From positions 1-64,000 of the IMG/VR virus record IMGVR_UViG_3300013132_000023: 64,000 nt of DNA; one strand, 5' to 3'. The translations under genes and the position numbers were made by a program. This document shows positions 18,663 through 28,098 of this stretch, piece after piece. The notes under the pieces are model-generated. The model made no database searches. It worked only from the letters and a program-made list of their open reading frames with translations, and was not told the DNA's origin. Position 1 is the first letter of the stretch; every line of letters starts with the position of its first letter. Source of the DNA: a virus.

Positions 18663-19565
18663 ATGGACAGAACCAAAGCTATTATCCGTAAAGTGGGTAA
18701 TGAGTTTTGTGTCTTCTCTCATGGTGGTAAGAACCTAGGCTGTTCTACGGATCGCAAAGGTGCAGAAAAACGGCTACGTCAAGTCGAGTATTTTAAGCAC
18801 AAAGGGTCATCAGAAATGAACTACGATAAAGCATTTTCAAACTTCGCTAAAGCTTTGAGTGAAGTTAATCCCATTGAAGTTGGCAAGGCTTCTACTGCAA
18901 CCTCGCCTACTTTAGAGATTAATTCGGAACTGAATGTTTCCGACAATCTTGCAATTGGTAGTATTGCAAGTCGTGCTTCTAGTCGCGTTCTTGATAATAA
19001 AGATCATTTCCCGGTGATTACTGAGACTCAGGCACGTTCAAGCATGGCTCGTGTGCTTCAATTGACCGAGACTCCTGCGTGGTACAGTGGAACTATTGCG
19101 GAGCTTCGACAAGAAGTCTACGCTGGCATCGTTATACTACATCCTGATATCGAACTCAATGTTCGCGTGCCGGTTGAGCTGGCCGTGGCTCTCTCTGACG
19201 GACAAACGCCTTGTCATGTTTCTGAAAAAACAATTAAGAATCCTGCTGACGTTGCCAAAAATCAAGTTCCCAGCGTTTCTCGTCGTACGTTGACAAGTGC
19301 TCAGGTTGCAGAGGCTTTAAAGAATGACGATCTTCGCAGTGCAATTGCTGGTCGCTTAATGGAAATTGTAGATCAACACGTTGAACAGCTAAAGACTGCA
19401 AAGAAGGTTGCAACGCAACTATTGAATAGTGGATTAACTTCCGAAGAATTCGATCAATTAAGCACGTTCTTGCAGGAAGGCATTTTGCGTGAAATCATTG
19501 GACGTGGAGCAACTGCTTCTAGAGCGGAAGATCGTCGTCTTGAACTTATCAACAAATTAAAATAA
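18663..19565 (+). CDS. head-module protein of unknown function
   Basis: Start MDRTK after RBS; N-terminal IIRK.G..FCVFS..GKNLGC...A.KRLRQVEYFKH module typical of phage head-region proteins. Confidence 0.6.
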   Translation: MDRTKAIIRKVGNEFCVFSHGGKNLGCSTDRKGAEKRLRQVEYFKHKGSSEMNYDKAFSNFAKALSEVNPIEVGKASTATSPTLEINSELNVSDNLAIGSIASRASSRVLDNKDHFPVITETQARSSMARVLQLTETPAWYSGTIAELRQEVYAGIVILHPDIELNVRVPVELAVALSDGQTPCHVSEKTIKNPADVAKNQVPSVSRRTLTSAQVAEALKNDDLRSAIAGRLMEIVDQHVEQLKTAKKVATQLLNSGLTSEEFDQLSTFLQEGILREIIGRGATASRAEDRRLELINKLK

Positions 19566-19566
19566 C

Positions 19567-20652
19567 GTGGATAAAAAGAAAGTTAAACTCAATTCTCCCT
19601 TTCGACTTCCTGCTGGTAGCAAGAAGAAGTTTGGCGTTTACGTAAAAAACGAAAAGGGAAATATTGTTAAAGTCACGTTTGGTGATCCAAACATGGAAAT
19701 TAAACGCGACGATCCAAACCGTAGAAAGAACTTTAGAGCACGTCATAACTGTGATAATCCAGGACCAAAATGGAAAGCTAGATATTGGTCCTGTTATCAA
19801 TGGCGTGCTGGTACTCCTGTTAAAGCGGAAATCGATGAATATGTTGACATTACATTAATGGAAATGGTTCTAATTCCAACCGTAGAAGAAGAACCGTGTT
19901 GTGAAGAGTGTAGTCAATCTACAGCTAATAATCGTCCTGGTTTATGGGAAAATATTCGTCGTAAGAAAATGAGAGAAGGTAAGAACTATCGTCCAGCTAA
20001 ACCTGGAGATTCAGATAGACCGACTCAAGAGCAAATAGAAAGAGCTAAATCATTACAGATGGGCAAACCATCTAAAAATGACCCTAGAAAAACACCTGCA
20101 CCACCTAAAGATCAAAAACGTGGATCTAAGAAGAATCCAGAAGGAAGTGCAAAAAAGTCCAATCCCAGTATTGAGTTTAGCAAAGAAACTGAAGCTAGAC
20201 TTCAAAAAATAGTTTCTGAGCATAATGCAAAGAGCGAAAAGAAAGTTACTATTGGGATGTTAAAGGCAGTTTATCGTCGTGGTGCTGGTGCTTTTTCTAC
20301 TAGCCATGCACCTAATATGAGTCGTGATGGATGGGCTATAGCAAGAGTCCGTGCATTTTTATATCTTGTAAAGAATGGTAAACCATCAAATCCTAACTAT
20401 GTTCAGGACAATGACCTACTTCCAAAGGGACACTCTAAAAAGTCTGAAGGTGTCGCAATAGAATCAAAGGACAACAACGTGTCCAAAGGGTCTTTCGACG
20501 AATTCACTAAAAAAGATATTTTTATCGGCAAGCAGCCAAAGAAAAAGAAGTTCAGTCAAAAAGCATTTGAAATTGTTGCTCAAATGAATCCTTATATGGG
20601 TCCACAAAAGCCAACAGACGGCGATCCAAAGCGTAAAAAACCAAAAAAGTAG
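19567..20652 (+). CDS. basic multi-module head-region protein (DUF6321-like plus other small modules)
   Basis: Modules KKFGVYV...FGDPNM...RRKNFRARHNC...YWSC; GLWENIRRKK; LKAVYRRGAGAF.TSH...WAIARV.AF; Lys-rich linkers. Confidence 0.65.
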   Translation: MDKKKVKLNSPFRLPAGSKKKFGVYVKNEKGNIVKVTFGDPNMEIKRDDPNRRKNFRARHNCDNPGPKWKARYWSCYQWRAGTPVKAEIDEYVDITLMEMVLIPTVEEEPCCEECSQSTANNRPGLWENIRRKKMREGKNYRPAKPGDSDRPTQEQIERAKSLQMGKPSKNDPRKTPAPPKDQKRGSKKNPEGSAKKSNPSIEFSKETEARLQKIVSEHNAKSEKKVTIGMLKAVYRRGAGAFSTSHAPNMSRDGWAIARVRAFLYLVKNGKPSNPNYVQDNDLLPKGHSKKSEGVAIESKDNNVSKGSFDEFTKKDIFIGKQPKKKKFSQKAFEIVAQMNPYMGPQKPTDGDPKRKKPKK

Positions 20653-20664
20653 AAAGGATTTTCT

Positions 20665-20973
20665 ATGCCTACAAACTTAAATGCTGGCTACACAAACAAC
20701 ATTAATACGATTGAAATTCGTGTTAACGGCTCTCATCAGCAGCGTGTAACCGACAGAAAAATTGATCTTGATGGTAACGGCGTCAAAGAGCAGGTTTTAA
20801 TTGTCGTGACTGCTGGTCATGCAGTAGGTACGCCAAGTGCTCCTGGTGGCAAAATAACACAAACTGTTACAAAGCCCGATGGAATTGCTCGTTCTGTCGT
20901 TTCGCAGAAAACCGAAACCGATGGTGGTGTTACTAATAGCAATACTGTAACAGAATTTACCGAAGGTGCTTGA
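20665..20973 (+). CDS. hypothetical beta-rich head-region protein
   Basis: AAAGGA RBS; Thr/Val/Gly-rich. Confidence 0.6.
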   Translation: MPTNLNAGYTNNINTIEIRVNGSHQQRVTDRKIDLDGNGVKEQVLIVVTAGHAVGTPSAPGGKITQTVTKPDGIARSVVSQKTETDGGVTNSNTVTEFTEGA

Positions 20974-21161
20974 TCATGGATATGAATAAACTTCTTGGTC
21001 GCAATCGTTGGGATCGTAATCGTGGTCTTCAACACTCTTCTTTTAGCGAAGTTTTGCAGCGTGCTTCTGCTATTTTAAAGAATAAGAAGACTATACAAAA
21101 GCCCGAAGACGATGAGTACGAGGACGACGAGGACGAGGATGAGAATTTGAAGCAGTCTTGA
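20970..21161 (+). CDS. small protein with acidic tail
   Basis: Basic N-terminus; EDDEYEDDEDEDEN C-terminus. Confidence 0.55.
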   Translation: MIMDMNKLLGRNRWDRNRGLQHSSFSEVLQRASAILKNKKTIQKPEDDEYEDDEDEDENLKQS

Positions 21162-21168
21162 TGGTCTT

Positions 21169-21177
21169 TAGTTTATT
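21169..21177 (+). promoter_or_regulatory. candidate late promoter TAGTTTATT
   Basis: One-mismatch intergenic motif upstream of the protease-decoration-capsid unit. Confidence 0.5.
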
Positions 21178-21189
21178 ACCACAGTGGGT

Positions 21190-23037
21190 ATGAAATACCG
21201 TACAATATTAACTGCCAAGGCTGACATTGTAAAGCCTAAATCTGAAGAGTTTAAGGCTATCGCTTCTTCTTTGCAAGATCGATATGGCTTTGAGCTAAAG
21301 CCTCAGATGGATTTATTGTATGTACGTTCATGCCTTGTGTCTGCTGGTGTCCATGCTGGTGTAAATGATAACGACGATATCTTTACACGCGAAGAAGCTT
21401 GGGCCGCTCGTCATACTCCGGTTTTAAAGCCGTTTAATTGGCAACACAACGACAAGGACATCCTTGGCGTAATTTATACAGTACAAGCACGCAATTTGAA
21501 GGGTGACATCTTAGATATTACAGATGAAACCCCGCCTGATTGCGATTTTGATCTTTGGGTAGAAGCTGCCGTCTTTAGTCTCATTCATCCAGAACGTGCC
21601 GCTGAGGTCGAGTCTCGATCAGCCGCAGGCACTCTGTTTGTTTCTATGGAGGCTTGGTTTGACGATTACAGTTACGGGTTATGTAACTCGAAGACTGGTA
21701 CTCTCGGCAAGATTGTTGCCCGAAATAAGAATACCTCATTCTTGGATCAGCATCTACGTGCTGGTGGTGGAGTGGGCGTATATCATGATCCTGAATTAGA
21801 TCAGGACATGAGAATTGGTCGCGTCCTAAGGTCTATTACCTTTGGAGGCTGTGGCTTTGTGGATCGTCCTGCAAACAAGCGTTCTGTCATTGAGGCTGCT
21901 GAGCCAATGAACGCTTCTAGTGGGCAGCAAGATACTCAATCGCAAATTGAACTCTTACTCCAAAAAGTATTAGAATCTCAACGTGAGGAAATAATGAATA
22001 CCCAAGCAAAAAGTGAAATTAGCGTTCCTGATGTAGTGGGTGCCGCTGTTGAATCGGCCCTCGAAAAACGCGAGAAGGCGGCAGCCGATAAGCGTGAGCA
22101 TGACGCTCTGGTAGGTCGTGCAACTCAAGCCGAAGACAATGCCAAGCATTTGCAGTCTCAGGTAGAAGATCTATCTAAGGCTAAGGACATGCAGGCCGCA
22201 GAAGTTCAGGCTCTCAAGGTTCAACTTGAGCAGTACGGTCTGGCTGTTGATAACCTTGTGAACGAAGCTGTTGCGGGTGCAACTGGCAGTATTCCTGCTG
22301 AAATCGCTGCTATTGACAGTGCAAAGTCAGGCGAAGCTGCTTTTAAGGCTAAGCTTGCTTGGATCGGTAACTCGGTTGCGTCGCTAGCAGAGCGTGCAAC
22401 TCGTGCCGCAGAGCTAGAGGAGCAGCTTGCAGAAGCCGAAGCAGTTGTACGCGAACAAGAAGTTCGTGCTCTGCTTGGTGAAGCTGTTTCAGAAGAAGCT
22501 CTTGAGACTTTTGTAGCTCATGCAGCTACTCTGAGCGAAGAAGCATATACGCATTGGCGTGATGAAAAGGAACTTATGGTTCTGGAAATCTCTGCTCGTG
22601 CTGCAAAGAAGGAAATGCCCTTCCCGCTTAAGAAGGGCGAGAAGATGAAAGAAGGTAAGTCTGCTGATAAGAGCTATGCAAACGTGTTTGAAGCACTGCT
22701 TGCAAAGCGTCGTTCGGAGAGTGGCATGGCTCCTCATGATACCCCAACTCACATGGGGCATTTGATTAATCATCCTGGTGGCGAAGGCGTCAATAGTGGC
22801 GTCACCACGAATGATTTGCGTACACCTCGTCATAAGATTTCTGGCTCTGCCGGGGACAACCCCGCCAAGTCTCTTGAGACCGCTCAAGAAGAAGGCGGCG
22901 TCTCACTTGCCGGTGCTCAAGCTAGTGGCGATGGTGAAGGTACCAACCCCTTCCGCGTTCTCGCGGGTCTAGTGGTTGATGCCAAAGTTGAAGAGAAGGA
23001 AGCTCAGGAACGTCCTGGCTTCGATCCCGTTAAGTAA
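21190..23037 (+). CDS. prohead protease fused to scaffold
   Basis: NDNDDIF, NWQH...ILG, VSMEAWF, FGGCGFVDRPAN in the N-terminal half; Ala/Glu coiled-coil C-terminal half; upstream of the capsid genes. Confidence 0.75.
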   Translation: MKYRTILTAKADIVKPKSEEFKAIASSLQDRYGFELKPQMDLLYVRSCLVSAGVHAGVNDNDDIFTREEAWAARHTPVLKPFNWQHNDKDILGVIYTVQARNLKGDILDITDETPPDCDFDLWVEAAVFSLIHPERAAEVESRSAAGTLFVSMEAWFDDYSYGLCNSKTGTLGKIVARNKNTSFLDQHLRAGGGVGVYHDPELDQDMRIGRVLRSITFGGCGFVDRPANKRSVIEAAEPMNASSGQQDTQSQIELLLQKVLESQREEIMNTQAKSEISVPDVVGAAVESALEKREKAAADKREHDALVGRATQAEDNAKHLQSQVEDLSKAKDMQAAEVQALKVQLEQYGLAVDNLVNEAVAGATGSIPAEIAAIDSAKSGEAAFKAKLAWIGNSVASLAERATRAAELEEQLAEAEAVVREQEVRALLGEAVSEEALETFVAHAATLSEEAYTHWRDEKELMVLEISARAAKKEMPFPLKKGEKMKEGKSADKSYANVFEALLAKRRSESGMAPHDTPTHMGHLINHPGGEGVNSGVTTNDLRTPRHKISGSAGDNPAKSLETAQEEGGVSLAGAQASGDGEGTNPFRVLAGLVVDAKVEEKEAQERPGFDPVK

Positions 23038-23053
23038 CTAAGGAGGCATTACA

Positions 23054-23521
23054 ATGGCTCTAAAAGAAACCCGTCAAACGTGGCAGACAAATATTGACTG
23101 CACCGTTTCTGGTGTTGCTGAACGCGGTGGTATTCTTTCGTTTGTTCCCGGCGTTAATGGTCTCTGCGAATACGGCAATGCTGCCGCAGTCTCAGGACAG
23201 CTTTCTAAGCCCGCTGGCTTGCTCTTGGATGACGTTGAAGCATTGAATTACTTCAACCATCCTGAGTATCGTCAGCGTAACGTTGTGCCTCAGGGCAGCG
23301 TTGTTGGCATTGCTACAGAAGGCGAGTTCTGGACTGACTTCGTTGAAACTACGACTGCCGATGGTGTAAGCGTGGGTACCTACCGTCCAGGCGATATTTT
23401 GTATCTGGCTAACAATGGTAACGTTAGTCGTCAACAGATTCTTTCCATTCGTCCTGTCGTTGGCAGGGCACTGAGTGCCTTATCTGCGGACGGTTTCTTG
23501 AAAATCCGTCTTGAACTATAA
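23054..23521 (+). CDS. capsid decoration/cement protein
   Basis: Between scaffold and MCP; beta-rich; PGDILYL..NG...VVGRAL...DGFLKIRL. Confidence 0.7.
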   Translation: MALKETRQTWQTNIDCTVSGVAERGGILSFVPGVNGLCEYGNAAAVSGQLSKPAGLLLDDVEALNYFNHPEYRQRNVVPQGSVVGIATEGEFWTDFVETTTADGVSVGTYRPGDILYLANNGNVSRQQILSIRPVVGRALSALSADGFLKIRLEL

Positions 23522-23532
23522 GGAGGACAGAC

Positions 23533-24573
23533 ATGAATCTAACACTACGTTATCCTAAGGAAGCAATTGAAGCTCTTCGTGCAACGGCTAGCCCGGACAA
23601 TGATGTCCGTAGCCGTGCTCAAAAGGCATTTGCTGCTGAACTGAACATGCCTCTTCGTCAAGGCGTGTTTGATCGTGACAACCTAGGCGGAATCTACGAA
23701 AAGCAGGTTCTTGCTCCTGGTGCTCAAGCCAACTACCCACTCGACTTCGTGAAGCCGGGTGAGGAAGACGAATTCATGGCATTCACTCTGCCTAAGCAGG
23801 GTCGTGTGCCTGAGCGTCACGTTGAAGGCGATGAGTTGTGGGTACCGACCTTCCAGATCGGTAACGCAATTGACTGGTCGTTGAAGTACGCTAAGGAAGC
23901 ACGTTTCGACGTGATCATGCGTGCTATCCGCGTGTACGAAGCTGGTTTGGTTCGCAAGGGGAATAGCGACGGTTGGCGTACCATTCTAAGTGGCGCCGAT
24001 GGCAGTGGCTCGGTAGTGACGGCAAACGGTGCTGCTCCGTTCACTGGATCGTCTCTGTATCCGACTGCGGCTGCTGGTCAGTTCACAAAGGAACTCATTA
24101 GCCGCATGAAGACTGCGATGACTCGTGGTGCTGGTGGCAACGGTAACAGCGGTCGTTTGACCGACGTTTACTTGTCGCTTGAGGCAATGGAAGACATTCG
24201 TGCTTGGGACGTAGACGAGATCGACGAGTTCACTCGTCGTGAAATCTTCGTGAGCCGTGAATACGGTCTTGCTCAGATCTACGGCGTCGTTCTGCACGAA
24301 ATGACTGAGTTTGGCGAAGGTCAGGAGTACGAGGAATTCCTCGAACAAACCTTGGCTCGTTCTCACCAAGTCGTGAATTCCGTGACTCTCAAGGAGTTCT
24401 GCCTCGGTCTCGACCTGTCCACAATGGACAGCTTCGTGATGCCGGTTCGCGAAGAACTACAGACCTACGAAGACCCGGCTCTCTACCGTGAGCAGCGTGC
24501 TGGTATCTTCGGCTGGATGGAACACGGCTTCGCCGTTCTCGATCCACGTCGTATCTTGATTGGCGAGTTCTAA
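23533..24573 (+). CDS. major capsid protein (HK97 fold)
   Basis: 346 aa, strong AGGAGG RBS, strongly biased codons, terminator downstream, C-terminal GIFGWMEHGFAVLDPRRI. Confidence 0.85.
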   Translation: MNLTLRYPKEAIEALRATASPDNDVRSRAQKAFAAELNMPLRQGVFDRDNLGGIYEKQVLAPGAQANYPLDFVKPGEEDEFMAFTLPKQGRVPERHVEGDELWVPTFQIGNAIDWSLKYAKEARFDVIMRAIRVYEAGLVRKGNSDGWRTILSGADGSGSVVTANGAAPFTGSSLYPTAAAGQFTKELISRMKTAMTRGAGGNGNSGRLTDVYLSLEAMEDIRAWDVDEIDEFTRREIFVSREYGLAQIYGVVLHEMTEFGEGQEYEEFLEQTLARSHQVVNSVTLKEFCLGLDLSTMDSFVMPVREELQTYEDPALYREQRAGIFGWMEHGFAVLDPRRILIGEF

Positions 24574-24595
24574 TCAAGGTCTAGGCTATGAAAAC

Positions 24596-24630
24596 GAGGG
24601 CGGGGGGTCGTAGACCTCTCGCCCTCTTTG
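24596..24630 (+). terminator. intrinsic terminator after MCP
   Basis: Stem GAGGGCGGGGGGTC / GACCTCTCGCCCTC followed by T-rich sequence. Confidence 0.8.
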
Positions 24631-24632
24631 CT

Positions 24633-24641
24633 TAGTGTATT
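24633..24641 (+). promoter_or_regulatory. candidate late promoter TAGTGTATT
   Basis: Exact motif directly after the terminator, before the neck genes. Confidence 0.75.
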
Positions 24642-24661
24642 TTTAACAGTGAGGTACAATA

Positions 24662-25534
24662 ATGGCTGGAGAAACAAAGGTCTTAACTGTCGGCCAAGCG
24701 TCGTCTGCCCTTGATGTATTTTTGTCTGCTAATGGTGCTGCTGTTAGTGGTAAATATGTTGGGTTTCAGCTTTTTGATGCCTCTAATGTATCTGCTGTTA
24801 GTGGTGTTGCACTTAATCCAAATCTTGGGCAATACGTAGGTTCTGGCATAATTCCAGCCGGATATCAGCTTGGTACGTGGCGAATCAACTGGACGATTGT
24901 CACGTTGGCAAATAATATTGTAACTGCATCGGAACCATTTTGTGTACAAGACGTGAGCGTGACCATTGGTTTCGTTCCTCTTGATGACAAGACGAGTGCG
25001 ATTTACGACGCAGTACGCATCGATATTGGCGATCCGAACGGTCAGGTATTTGATGATGACTTCTTGAAGAGAGTTCTTCAGAAGGCCGTACGTAGACTTA
25101 ACCAACGTCTCGGATTGTCACCCACCTCTAGACCTAAGGGTATTCCTGGGAATTTTGGTGGGCCACGCATTAAAGTGTCTGCTATAGTAGCTGATGTTGA
25201 GAACGGCACTATTACGCCATACAACGATGAAATTTGCGACCTTGTTGTTATGCAAATGGAATTAATTGTTCTTGAAAGTGAAGTTTCAGCACTTAAGAGA
25301 TTAGCAGCCAGTGCTTCATCTGGCCCGTTCGCTAACTTTGTTGCTTCGGCAGCTAATGATGGCGTGTCTGTAACGAATGCTGACGGTGTATCTGTCACTA
25401 TTTCACCGTCACGTTTACAGGTTCGTGCCGACTTACACAAGTTCGACGTGAAGCAACGTCGCGAAGAACTTGAAGGAGCTATTCGTGCTTTCTTGAATCG
25501 CATGACTGGTAACTTTGGCAAAATGGTTTACTAA
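24662..25534 (+). CDS. head-tail adaptor with N-terminal Ig-like domain
   Basis: VRIDIGD...FDDDFL adaptor-like motif; position after MCP. Confidence 0.6.
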   Translation: MAGETKVLTVGQASSALDVFLSANGAAVSGKYVGFQLFDASNVSAVSGVALNPNLGQYVGSGIIPAGYQLGTWRINWTIVTLANNIVTASEPFCVQDVSVTIGFVPLDDKTSAIYDAVRIDIGDPNGQVFDDDFLKRVLQKAVRRLNQRLGLSPTSRPKGIPGNFGGPRIKVSAIVADVENGTITPYNDEICDLVVMQMELIVLESEVSALKRLAASASSGPFANFVASAANDGVSVTNADGVSVTISPSRLQVRADLHKFDVKQRREELEGAIRAFLNRMTGNFGKMVY

Positions 25535-25878
25535 TGCTCGTTCACTCTAAAATTCCTCGCGGAATACTACACCTAGATAGGTTTAGAATACACGGAAAAG
25601 AAACAGGTTATCCACCATGTGACATTCCGTTTGATCTTTACAACAAATGCAAAGATGGTCTTCAAGACGCCACTTATCGCGAAGGATTCTTAAGTGTCAT
25701 TTTTAAGACAGCTTTTCCAGAAGTAGCTTTCACGTATAGTGAATTACGTTACTTGCCGGAAGAAACACTAGATCGTATTGGTCCTTTGATGATTGACAAA
25801 TACGATTCTTCGTGGTCGCACAAAAAGAAAGTTGATCAAATAAAACTCAGGCTAGCAGAAATTTCACCATGTCGTTAA
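25534..25878 (+). CDS. hypothetical protein
   Basis: TAATG coupling. Confidence 0.6.
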   Translation: MLVHSKIPRGILHLDRFRIHGKETGYPPCDIPFDLYNKCKDGLQDATYREGFLSVIFKTAFPEVAFTYSELRYLPEETLDRIGPLMIDKYDSSWSHKKKVDQIKLRLAEISPCR

Positions 25879-26438
25879 AGCCTCTCAGACAAACCCAGCA
25901 AGTCAATATTGACTTCATTACGCCCTGGACACAGCAGCGTGGTGGATGTCTTGTTTTGACCTCTGCTTCGGGAATGTATTTTGCTGAGTACGCTCATGAT
26001 CCAAGTGGTCTTGTTCCAATGGGGCTACAACTTAATGATATTGAGTGGATGAATCTGTCACGTCAGTATAATCGTACTTTTTTAGGTTACACGACTGACC
26101 TTCCGTGTGGTATTGTTGGTATCGCTTCTCAAGGTGATTTCATTACTGATTGGATTCATTTAGTTGGATCCGTGAACAATGGAGACCTTGCTTACGCGGG
26201 TCCAAGTGGAACTTTTACAAATTCTGCGGCATTTGGCGGGACTGTTATTGGTAAATTTATTGGACCACTAGAAATTGATCCTCACACTGTCACTTTTCGG
26301 GGGCTTGGTTTTAGCCGACAGTACATGGATCCTTGTACAAAGCAAATCGTGTGGGAAAACAATCCCGCTGACAAAATTCAAATTGTAACTCCTGGTCATA
26401 TCAAAATTCGCATAGATGTAGGATTGCAATCGAGGTAA
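25869..26438 (+). CDS. second decoration-protein paralogue
   Basis: Collinear similarity to 23054-23521. Confidence 0.7.
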   Translation: MSLKPLRQTQQVNIDFITPWTQQRGGCLVLTSASGMYFAEYAHDPSGLVPMGLQLNDIEWMNLSRQYNRTFLGYTTDLPCGIVGIASQGDFITDWIHLVGSVNNGDLAYAGPSGTFTNSAAFGGTVIGKFIGPLEIDPHTVTFRGLGFSRQYMDPCTKQIVWENNPADKIQIVTPGHIKIRIDVGLQSR

Positions 26439-26439
26439 C

Positions 26440-26982
26440 ATGGTTCTTTTGCCCAACAATCAGAATCTTTTGGCGGCGAGTGGTTTAGTTAACATGCCGT
26501 TTCTAGAAATGGTCTATCATTCGATGATGGACGAAATGATGGGCGACATGGGGCGAATTGTTACTTTTCACCTGCCTCCTATTGTTCAACAAGACAACGT
26601 TACACAAGGTAAGCCCGCTCCTCAACAATACAACCCATTCTTTTCTAGAGTACCAGTTCCGAATACGAATACACGTCATGCTGGCGTTAAAGTGACTCAT
26701 CGTGATGTACAGTATAATGCTCAGATTGTATTTGGTCCATTGGCTGCTCCAACCGAAGATCGTATGGGTATTGGTGAGCTTGCTACTGATGAAGCACGTA
26801 TTACAATAGTAATTGAAGCATTGCCTCACGTACAAGAAGCGTATGGCGTTAGTATTGAAGGACGACGTTTTCGCATCGAACAAACACGTCCAGTTGGTTT
26901 AAGTACTCGACGTTACATTATGATTAAGCTCAAGGAAGTACAAGAGCTTGAGCCCCCTACTTCTGATATTACGATTGGTTAA
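26440..26982 (+). CDS. putative head-closure (stopper) protein
   Basis: Position in neck region; SIEGRRFRI...RPVGL beta-barrel-like pattern. Confidence 0.5.
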   Translation: MVLLPNNQNLLAASGLVNMPFLEMVYHSMMDEMMGDMGRIVTFHLPPIVQQDNVTQGKPAPQQYNPFFSRVPVPNTNTRHAGVKVTHRDVQYNAQIVFGPLAAPTEDRMGIGELATDEARITIVIEALPHVQEAYGVSIEGRRFRIEQTRPVGLSTRRYIMIKLKEVQELEPPTSDITIG

Positions 26983-26984
26983 TC

Positions 26985-28010
26985 ATGGGACTTGAGTATA
27001 AACTTCGAAGCTTGCTGAAGCTAAATCTGAAGCTTTTTGTTGACATGCATATGTTGCGTGAAGGTGCCTTCATGAACATTGCTTCTGGTTCATTGTTCTA
27101 CGATGGCAGCGACATGAGTGTGTTGTTGCCCGATACATCTGCTGACGATACTCTTTTTGGAGCTAGCGATGGAACAGTTTGGCAATCACCGTTTAGACAA
27201 TGGGTGTATGAATCAGGTGTGTCGTTGGACGGCACCAATCTTCAATTACCTCCTGTTGTTGCCTCTGGGGTGTTTATTGAGGGTGCTTTTCGCAGCACAA
27301 GCGATCCTGTGTTTGGTCACTCTATTGATTTTACTAATGGTAGAGTTATCTTCGATTCGCCAAAATCACTTGACCTCAAAGTGCATGCGAAATTCTCGGC
27401 GAGAGAAGTCAGAGTAGATTTTGAACATCAATTCAATCAACAATTTCAAGATGGATTCTTAGAAAGTAAGTATACAACGAATCCTCTTACGTCTATGCAG
27501 TTGGTTTATCCTTCTGGGTCAGCACAGCCATTTCCTGCAATTTTCATTGAAGTAGACGGTCGAGATTTACGTCCTTACGAACTTGGTAATCGTAGTGCCA
27601 TAATTGAAGACGAAGTGAAGCTTCATATTTGGGCTCTTGACGACATTCAAAGAGACAACATAGTAGACATTCTAACTGGACAATGGCATAAGTCTTTGCC
27701 GATTATTGACTTTAATGTTGCTCCGCTTCCGTTGTCCGGTATCTACAACACCCTATCTCCTGAGTATGTACCTTATCAGGTAATGTTGCGTAATTCGAGT
27801 TTGGTTACAACAATTGGCTCTGGTACCCCTGTTCGCTACACATCATACATTGATGAAGTAGATACACGTAATTTGCCAGCGTCAGAGGAATACGAACGAG
27901 CACTAGTTACGTACAAAGTTAAGGTATTCTTGAATGCACCAACGACTCCATTAGGACATGTTTTTGGGCCTATTACTACCTTGCCCACGATTCAAGATCC
28001 AGGGTTATGA
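26985..28010 (+). CDS. putative tail terminator
   Basis: PFPAIFIE...LG...LHIWA..DIQRDNIVDIL; directly before the tail tube gene. Confidence 0.6.
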   Translation: MGLEYKLRSLLKLNLKLFVDMHMLREGAFMNIASGSLFYDGSDMSVLLPDTSADDTLFGASDGTVWQSPFRQWVYESGVSLDGTNLQLPPVVASGVFIEGAFRSTSDPVFGHSIDFTNGRVIFDSPKSLDLKVHAKFSAREVRVDFEHQFNQQFQDGFLESKYTTNPLTSMQLVYPSGSAQPFPAIFIEVDGRDLRPYELGNRSAIIEDEVKLHIWALDDIQRDNIVDILTGQWHKSLPIIDFNVAPLPLSGIYNTLSPEYVPYQVMLRNSSLVTTIGSGTPVRYTSYIDEVDTRNLPASEEYERALVTYKVKVFLNAPTTPLGHVFGPITTLPTIQDPGL

Positions 28011-28013
28011 GGT

Positions 28014-28022
28014 TAGTGTATT
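28014..28022 (+). promoter_or_regulatory. candidate late promoter TAGTGTATT
   Basis: Exact intergenic motif upstream of the tail tube gene. Confidence 0.75.
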
Positions 28023-28098
28023 TATGGTTTGGCAGCATAGGTACCTCGCTGCAATTCGTAATACTTTGCAAAGTACGCCCTAGTTTGGGAGGAAGAAA

